Below are positions 8,402 to 13,749 of a stretch of DNA of 18,877 nucleotides, piece after piece; the first letter of the stretch is position 1; each line of letters opens with the position of its first letter. The notes below the pieces were generated by a model. It ran no database searches and was not told the DNA's origin. It was given only the letters and a program-made list of their open reading frames with translations. Both the position numbers and the translations under genes were made by a program. The DNA comes from Nitrososphaeraceae archaeon (lineage in GTDB: Archaea; Thermoproteota; Nitrososphaeria; Nitrososphaerales; Nitrososphaeraceae): contig JBIOZG010000031.1 in the NCBI GenBank assembly GCA_044870765.1, positions 1-18,877 of the forward strand, in the 5' to 3' direction.

Positions 8402-9388
8402 ATGTTTCCACTTCATGATGACACCCAGAGAATCCACGGTAGACCGTACGTAACTTACCTGCTAATTGCCATTAATGCTATAGTTTTTTTAGTAGAAGTG
8501 ATTGCTACAGCAAATTTTTCTAATGAAGTGGCAACAAATACTTTGTTCCAAAACTATGGTGCTATTCCATATAAAATACTTCAAGGTGATATATTTTCGG
8601 CTGTAAGTGCAATGTTTCTTCATGGTGGTATAGCTCACCTTATAGGCAATATGTTATTTCTGTTTGTGTTTGGGGACAATATTGAAGACAAATTTGGTCG
8701 AATAAAATTTGTCCTTTTATACATTGGTTGGGGCCTAGCAGCAGCATTCGCCCACAGTTTCTACGCAATGTCTACAGGCGAAGGAGGAATTCCTGCTATT
8801 GGTGCATCAGGAGCAGTTTCAGGAGTGCTAGGAGCATATGTTGTGCTATTTCCAAGAGCAAAGATATTTACGGTAATTGCTGCATTTTTTATTACAACGG
8901 TAAGAATACCGGCCATAGCATACATTCCTTTTTGGTTTGTAATGCAAGTTATCTTCAGTCTACTGAACCAATCTGGTGGTGTGGCCTATGTTGCACATAT
9001 AGGAGGCTTTCTCGCGGGATTGCTAACAGGCTACTTATTGAAGAACATGGTTACTAGAGATGGAATGGTAACACCGCAAATACGATATCCAACAAGTGAT
9101 CGGCAAAAAATTAGTAATATCCCAGATATGACTATTCATACTCAACCAGAGGTCATCAAAGGATCTAATTTTTATGAAATTATTGCCGAAATGCCAGGAC
9201 TGGCGTCCCAGTCAGATATACAGGCAAACTATGACCCGAACTCTCAGAGTATAAGGATATTTACCAGCGGTCCGAGAAAATATGACATAAACGTTAGAAT
9301 ATCTGATATCCAAGATGGAAATATCAAAATTGATCAAATAGAATATCTCAATGGGATAGTACGAATTAGAATATCAAAACAACTTTGA
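8402..9388 (+). CDS. Rhomboid intramembrane serine protease with C-terminal Hsp20/alpha-crystallin-like domain
   Basis: MFLHGGIAHLIGNM, catalytic GASG and AHIGG, multiple transmembrane segments. The soluble ~80-aa C-terminus has EIIAEMPG and YLNGIVRIRISK. Confidence 0.93.
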   Translation: MFPLHDDTQRIHGRPYVTYLLIAINAIVFLVEVIATANFSNEVATNTLFQNYGAIPYKILQGDIFSAVSAMFLHGGIAHLIGNMLFLFVFGDNIEDKFGRIKFVLLYIGWGLAAAFAHSFYAMSTGEGGIPAIGASGAVSGVLGAYVVLFPRAKIFTVIAAFFITTVRIPAIAYIPFWFVMQVIFSLLNQSGGVAYVAHIGGFLAGLLTGYLLKNMVTRDGMVTPQIRYPTSDRQKISNIPDMTIHTQPEVIKGSNFYEIIAEMPGLASQSDIQANYDPNSQSIRIFTSGPRKYDINVRISDIQDGNIKIDQIEYLNGIVRIRISKQL

Positions 9389-9425
9389 TATTTTTGATGC
9401 TTTAAACTTTGTAAATATATCTGAA

Positions 9426-9869
9426 TTATTTTGTTATTTGATCAATAATTGATGAATCATATAAGCTTCTACTTAATTCCCTGTATTTCTTATTAATAAA
9501 ATCTAGAGATTCAACAAGCTTCTTTGATTTTCCATATTTGAATCGAACTAACTCTTTGTGTTTCCAAAAATGCTTTGCATCTGCAACGTATATAGTCGTA
9601 AAATAATCAGGGCCAATAAGATTATCTGGTAACTTGATATTGTAGGGGAAAAGATATTCTACACCAAACCATTCGTCCCCGTCAGGATAATCATTACCGG
9701 TCATAATATCAAAATAAAGATGTAGTTTATCCTCTACAGTGAATCCTTCGTCTTTTATGAGAGGGTGTCTAATATTAGATTTGTGATAATCAATTTTTAG
9801 CAATTCTACTTCAAAATAAGTTTTTATTATTGCTCGCCTAAAAATTTCATTGGATTCCCTCAGATTCAA
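9426..9869 (-). CDS. Hypothetical protein (147 aa)
   Basis: Long open frame in AT-rich DNA filling the gap between rhomboid and tRNA-Ser. TTG start. No motif recognised. Confidence 0.75.
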   Translation of the reverse strand: MNLRESNEIFRRAIIKTYFEVELLKIDYHKSNIRHPLIKDEGFTVEDKLHLYFDIMTGNDYPDGDEWFGVEYLFPYNIKLPDNLIGPDYFTTIYVADAKHFWKHKELVRFKYGKSKKLVESLDFINKKYRELSRSLYDSSIIDQITK

Positions 9870-10014
9870 AGATAATATAATAACACATGATAACTATTTT
9901 ATAATCTTTTTAGCAGAAGAATGAAAAATTTGTTATGCCAGCTTGAAATCGATTGAATATATGGAATCATCTACATAATTAATATAATAGCAAAAAATCT
10001 AAAACATCACTTAG

Positions 10015-10098
10015 GCGGGGGTCGCCTAGCCTGGTAGGGCGTGGGATTGCTAATCCCATGTTCGCAAGAACTCGTGGGTTCGAATCCCACTCCCCGCG
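10015..10098 (+). tRNA. tRNA-Ser (anticodon GCU), long variable arm, intronless
   Basis: Acceptor GCGGGGG/TCCCCGC, anticodon arm TGGGA-TTGCTAA-TCCCA, variable arm GTTC-GCAA-GAAC, T arm GTGGG-TTCGAAT-CCCAC, discriminator G. Confidence 0.96.
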
Positions 10099-10366
10099 CT
10101 TCTCTTAGGGTTTTATCCCAAAATTATAAATGGAAAAAGCTAAGAATTTCAATTGTATCAGCAATTGCCAATAGCCTCAACCAAAACATCGCAGCGCTTT
10201 GATGCAAAAGTTAGAGTTTGTCCAGCAGTTATCGACTAATTCAAATAATCACTAGCTCAACTATTGCCCAAAGAAAGTATTCTGGAAATAAGAAAAATGA
10301 TGAACTAATCCTTAGAAAACAGAGTGACAATAAAAAGAAAGATATGAAAAAGGGAAGAAGAAAGGA

Positions 10367-10519
10367 TCACTTTTCTTCCAATTCCTTTATCCTCTCCCTA
10401 ATACCTTGAACTTCCTTCTCAAGACCATCACTGTATTCTTTTAGCAAAGCAATCCTCTCTTCCCTTGTTAGAAAGTTTCTAACTTGATCTACTCCTATCC
10501 CGCAGCATCCGAATCCCAT
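10367..10519 (-). CDS. Small Cys-Cys coiled-coil protein (50 aa, DUF5320-like)
   Basis: Translated by hand: MGFGCCGIGVDQVRNFLTREERIALLKEYSDGLEKEVQGIRERIKELEEK. Shine-Dalgarno GGAGGTGA at 10531-10524, heptad pattern, T-rich tracts downstream on the minus strand. The DUF5320 resemblance is from memory. Confidence 0.85.
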   Translation of the reverse strand: MGFGCCGIGVDQVRNFLTREERIALLKEYSDGLEKEVQGIRERIKELEEK

Positions 10520-10541
10520 TCAATCACCTCCCTACTCTCCA

Positions 10542-10600
10542 TTATCGGTCATACGATATATAGCAAAACCATGTATTTATATATATCGGACATCCAATAT
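10542..10600. promoter_or_regulatory. Divergent promoter with central TATA element and two palindromic operator-like sites
   Basis: TTATCGGT-CA-TACGATAT (10542-10559) and ATATCGGA-CA-TCCAATAT (10583-10600) flank ATTTATATATA (10575-10585), which reads as a TATA box on both strands. Confidence 0.7.
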
Positions 10601-10608
10601 TACGTACA

Positions 10609-10911
10609 TTGCGAAGTATTGATAGTGAATGTTGCGATATGAGAGGATTATTGGGATTTCTAATCCTCTTTTTACTCTCAAAAAAGCCAATGCACGGTCA
10701 AGAAATAGCTAATGAGCTGGCAAAAAGAAGGGGAGAAAAACCTAGCCCAGGAACAATTTATCCAGCTCTTAGGAGTCTCAAAGATCTTGGATTCCTAGAT
10801 GAAGAGAAAGAAGGCAAGATCATAACGTATGCACTTTCTCCTAAAGGAGAAAAAGCCTTTGAAATAGCCAAGAAAAGGTTCACGAAGACATTTTTGGGAG
10901 TCATCACATAA
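10609..10911 (+). CDS. PadR-family winged-helix transcriptional regulator
   Basis: LILFLLSKKPMHGQEI, SPGTIYPALRSL and YALSPKG. N-terminal CCDMRG. TTG start about 25 nt after the TATA box. Confidence 0.92.
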   Translation: MRSIDSECCDMRGLLGFLILFLLSKKPMHGQEIANELAKRRGEKPSPGTIYPALRSLKDLGFLDEEKEGKIITYALSPKGEKAFEIAKKRFTKTFLGVIT

Positions 10912-11048
10912 ACTAGATTTTGCGCATGTTTTTCGTCCTAAGTGCAAATAATATTAGTACACATTATTATCCGCCTGTACGGTAAAAGTTCATTTGAAAT
11001 AGTTTACAGAATAAATCATAAAGTGATACGAGTCCACTTAACCATGCT

Positions 11049-11348
11049 TTGATTACAATTAAAAATGACTTGGACACAATAGATTCAATTCTATATGAGA
11101 CTCTAAAAATAACCCCATTTAAAAGGGATTATGACATCTCATTTGGGAAAATTGCAACTATTCTAAATCGTTACAATCTAAATGAAAATTCAAGAAATCT
11201 TCGCTTTAGATTTACTTTGTTTATGCAAGAATTTTTTGATTCTATTCCACAAGATCAATGGGACCTAAAAGATCCGAAATTCATAAAACAATCCGAAGAC
11301 TTTGCAATGAGAAAATTCAAGGAATGGGTAATAGAACAAGTGACGTAA
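11049..11348 (+). CDS. Hypothetical protein (99 aa)
   Basis: Open frame with protein-like composition and no competing ORF. TTG start uncertain. Confidence 0.6.
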   Translation: MITIKNDLDTIDSILYETLKITPFKRDYDISFGKIATILNRYNLNENSRNLRFRFTLFMQEFFDSIPQDQWDLKDPKFIKQSEDFAMRKFKEWVIEQVT

Positions 11349-11431
11349 AGAGTTCACTTCTCAAACTTGAGATATCACATGTGTTTTTAATATGCAATCA
11401 GATAAGTTTCATTGACATGATATTTAGTACT

Positions 11432-11773
11432 TTATGAAGGAGTAGCTTTTTCTCCGGAATTTAATGGTTCGAGTTCCACAATCAGGCCTTGGTCCCAATC
11501 GTATTTTACTCTCATCAAGTTTGAGACCTGTGCAGCTAACTGAGATTCCTTCAAGGGTTCGACTAATCTTGCGTGACCATTAAATGTCAGTCTGTTAATT
11601 CTGAATGAAATTTTAGGATCATGACTAATGTTTCTAACCCAGTGTGCCACTTTCCCTAGTTCTGACATTACGTAATATTTTCTGTTATTCTTTACATACC
11701 ATATTTCTATTCTATGTTGTTTACCGGTTTTCCAACCGGTCGTTGTCAAATATAGAAATTGTGGGTCAGTCAA
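11432..11773 (-). CDS. Deazaflavin (F420)-dependent nitroreductase-family / split beta-barrel oxidoreductase (DUF385-like)
   Basis: Motifs LYLTTTGWKTGKQHRIEIWY and HWVRNISHDPKI, matching the family pattern LTTTGRKSG...W..N...P.V. Confidence 0.85.
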   Translation of the reverse strand: MTDPQFLYLTTTGWKTGKQHRIEIWYVKNNRKYYVMSELGKVAHWVRNISHDPKISFRINRLTFNGHARLVEPLKESQLAAQVSNLMRVKYDWDQGLIVELEPLNSGEKATPS

Positions 11774-11953
11774 GGGCTCATCAAATTGTGCCTATAGTTA
11801 ATACCACGCAAAACTATCATAAAACCTTAACCAATATTATTGATATGTTGTTTGCCCGAAAATACAGATGTGGCTCAGACTCTAAAGCAAAGTATGAATT
11901 CATAGAATTTATATCAACCAGGCGATGATCTATATGAAAAATGAATAATAAAT

Positions 11954-12203
11954 ATGGATGCATATTTAGAAGAAGAGCTATACGACATTCTTACATATTG
12001 TATACAAAATTCTGATGCTACAGATTTTGAAGAAAAAACAAAGAGTATTTACAATTGGTAAAGAGCTTTATTCTGATGGAGGAATTGACACTATGGAAAA
12101 TATGTTTTATTCAATTGAATTTAGAATAAAAGATGAAATCGGCAAGGATGCCAAATCCTATCGATCCTGGTGGAACGACATATCAAGCGAATGGAAATAT
12201 TAG
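11954..12203 (+). pseudogene. Small acidic hypothetical protein gene split by a frameshift at an A6 run (or a sequencing error)
   Basis: ATG at 11954 gives MDAYLEEELYDILTYCIQNSDATDFEEK and stops at 12061. The +1 frame continues QRVFTIGKELYSDGGIDTMENMFYSIEFRIKDEIGKDAKSYRSWWNDISSEWKY. The frames join at the A6 run 12033-12038. Confidence 0.7.
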
Positions 12204-12270
12204 AGCTTAAAATAAATCGATTTTGTTACAGGTAATGCATGTTTTTTTATATTCTTATCTATAGAATTCC

Positions 12271-12290
12271 CAAATGTTGTCAAATGTTGT
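12271..12290. repeat. Perfect 10-bp tandem duplication
   Basis: CAAATGTTGT occurs twice in a row in intergenic DNA. Confidence 0.85.
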
Positions 12291-12359
12291 GTAAAAATCA
12301 AAGAGAAGAATTTTTTTTACAAATAAATACAATAAAGTAGTATTAGAAATTATAACGAA

Positions 12360-12548
12360 TTGAATCTGTATAGATCGGTAACAGCTTGCGCACTATGTCA
12401 TCAACTTACTCCCACTGAGACGATGATCAATACAAGACTGGGAAAAGTATGCATAAAATGTGATATCCAAATGACCAAAACGAGTAATCAAACCAGGATA
12501 AGCAAAACAAGTAAGACACCTAAGAAATTAATAAAACCATTAAAGTAA
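12360..12548 (+). CDS. Putative small zinc-binding protein (two CxxC motifs, basic tail)
   Basis: CALC-x17-CIKC followed by a K/T/S-rich tail. TTG start. Short, so uncertain. Confidence 0.55.
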   Translation: MNLYRSVTACALCHQLTPTETMINTRLGKVCIKCDIQMTKTSNQTRISKTSKTPKKLIKPLK

Positions 12549-12604
12549 CAGAATTTTGATATTTTATAATACTTATATGTAAAGCAATAGCCAGTTAATG
12601 ATCG

Positions 12605-13501
12605 ATGCACAGTCAGATTATGAGATCTGAGCGAAGGAAGAATTACGAACTTTGTAAAATACCCAATTGCCATCCTTTTGTAAAATGGGCCGGTGGCAAG
12701 GGCCAATTATTACCTCAAATAATGTGTCATATTCCACAAAAGTTTGCCAGATATTTTGAACCATTCCTCGGAGGAGGAGCGGTATTCTTTCATATCGCTC
12801 CCTATAATAGGAACGCAATTCTTTCTGACATAAACGCAGATTTAATTAATGTTTATATAATCATAAGAAATAATGTAGAAGAGCTTATTGCGGCTTTAAA
12901 TTATCACCAAACTGAATACAACAAGTCTCCAAAAAGATACTACTATGAATTACGAGATTCAAAAAAAGCATTTAATAATATAGAGAGAGCTGCACGGTTC
13001 ATAACACTAAATAAAACATGCTACAATGGACTATATCGTGTAAATAAAAACGGTTTGTTTAACGTTCCAATTGGAAGATACAAAAACCCACTCATCTGCG
13101 ATACGAATAACTTAAGGAAAGCGAGTATGGTGCTAAGACACCCTGGGTCCTCATTGAGAATCGGCGATTACAAGAAAATATTAGGAGAAAAAGCCGAGAA
13201 GGATGATTTTGTATATCTTGATCCACCATTTCATCCTGTCAGCAATACTGCAAATTTTACCAGTTATACCAATAATGGTTTTACGCTTGAAGATCAGAAA
13301 GACCTTGCAGTTTTGTTTAAAGAGCTGACAAGAAGAGGATGTAAACTCTTACTTAGTAACTCAAATACTGAGGAAATTAGAAGGCTTTATTCAGACTATT
13401 CTCATTTTACTGAAATAACCAGTGCGAACAGATCTATTAACGCAATTGGGTCTAGAAGGATGGGGCATGAAGAATTGCTAATAAGAAATTACTCGCAATA
13501 G
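12605..13501 (+). CDS. dam: DNA adenine methyltransferase, Dam/DpnM (D12, alpha class)
   Basis: Motifs KWAGGK, EPFLGGGAV, YNGLYRVNKNG.FNVPIG, YLDPPF and LLSNS. Confidence 0.93.
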   Translation: MHSQIMRSERRKNYELCKIPNCHPFVKWAGGKGQLLPQIMCHIPQKFARYFEPFLGGGAVFFHIAPYNRNAILSDINADLINVYIIIRNNVEELIAALNYHQTEYNKSPKRYYYELRDSKKAFNNIERAARFITLNKTCYNGLYRVNKNGLFNVPIGRYKNPLICDTNNLRKASMVLRHPGSSLRIGDYKKILGEKAEKDDFVYLDPPFHPVSNTANFTSYTNNGFTLEDQKDLAVLFKELTRRGCKLLLSNSNTEEIRRLYSDYSHFTEITSANRSINAIGSRRMGHEELLIRNYSQ

Positions 13502-13718
13502 GGAAAAAACAAATAGTGGGTAGCCAATAATCAATTCCTACTTTAACTGTGTATCTTGAGAGTAACTGCTGTCTTACTAATATATGGAAAAGAGATAACA
13601 AAGATAAACAAAATACAAAGTCCTGTCTTGATTTTTATTTTTTTGCTTCATTTATAATATCTACACTTGATTAATATCCTACGACGTGGTTAATTTCATG
13701 GCATGTAATATCACTGCA

Positions 13719-13726
13719 TTTATAAC
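13719..13726 (+). promoter_or_regulatory. TATA box of the acyl-CoA synthetase gene (probably leaderless)
   Basis: TTTATAAC ends about 24 nt upstream of the ATG at 13750. Confidence 0.6.
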
Positions 13727-13749
13727 TATGTAGACAAAATTATTTTTGT

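Noticed and set aside
7625-9057. ORFs 7625..7891 and 8728..9057
   Set aside because: One is antisense to rps11 and the other is an alternative frame inside the rhomboid gene. Their Cys richness is a frame artefact.
3345-9388. Functional linkage of the proteasome beta gene with the rhomboid as one proteostasis cluster
   Set aside because: They are separated by more than 4 kb of unrelated housekeeping genes in mixed orientation, so proximity alone is not evidence.
10218-10409. 63-aa Lys-rich plus-strand ORF
   Set aside because: It overlaps the better-supported minus-strand 50-aa gene, and its Lys run is the complement of that gene's T-rich terminator region.
11359-11526. 12-bp inverted match between TCTCAAACTTGA (11359-11370) and TCAAGTTTGAGA (11515-11526)
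   Set aside because: One arm lies inside an intact coding sequence and there is no target-site duplication, so it is probably chance.
11644-12818. ORFs 11644..11928, 12488..12706 and 12618..12818
   Set aside because: They overlap recognised genes on the opposite strand and show no motifs.
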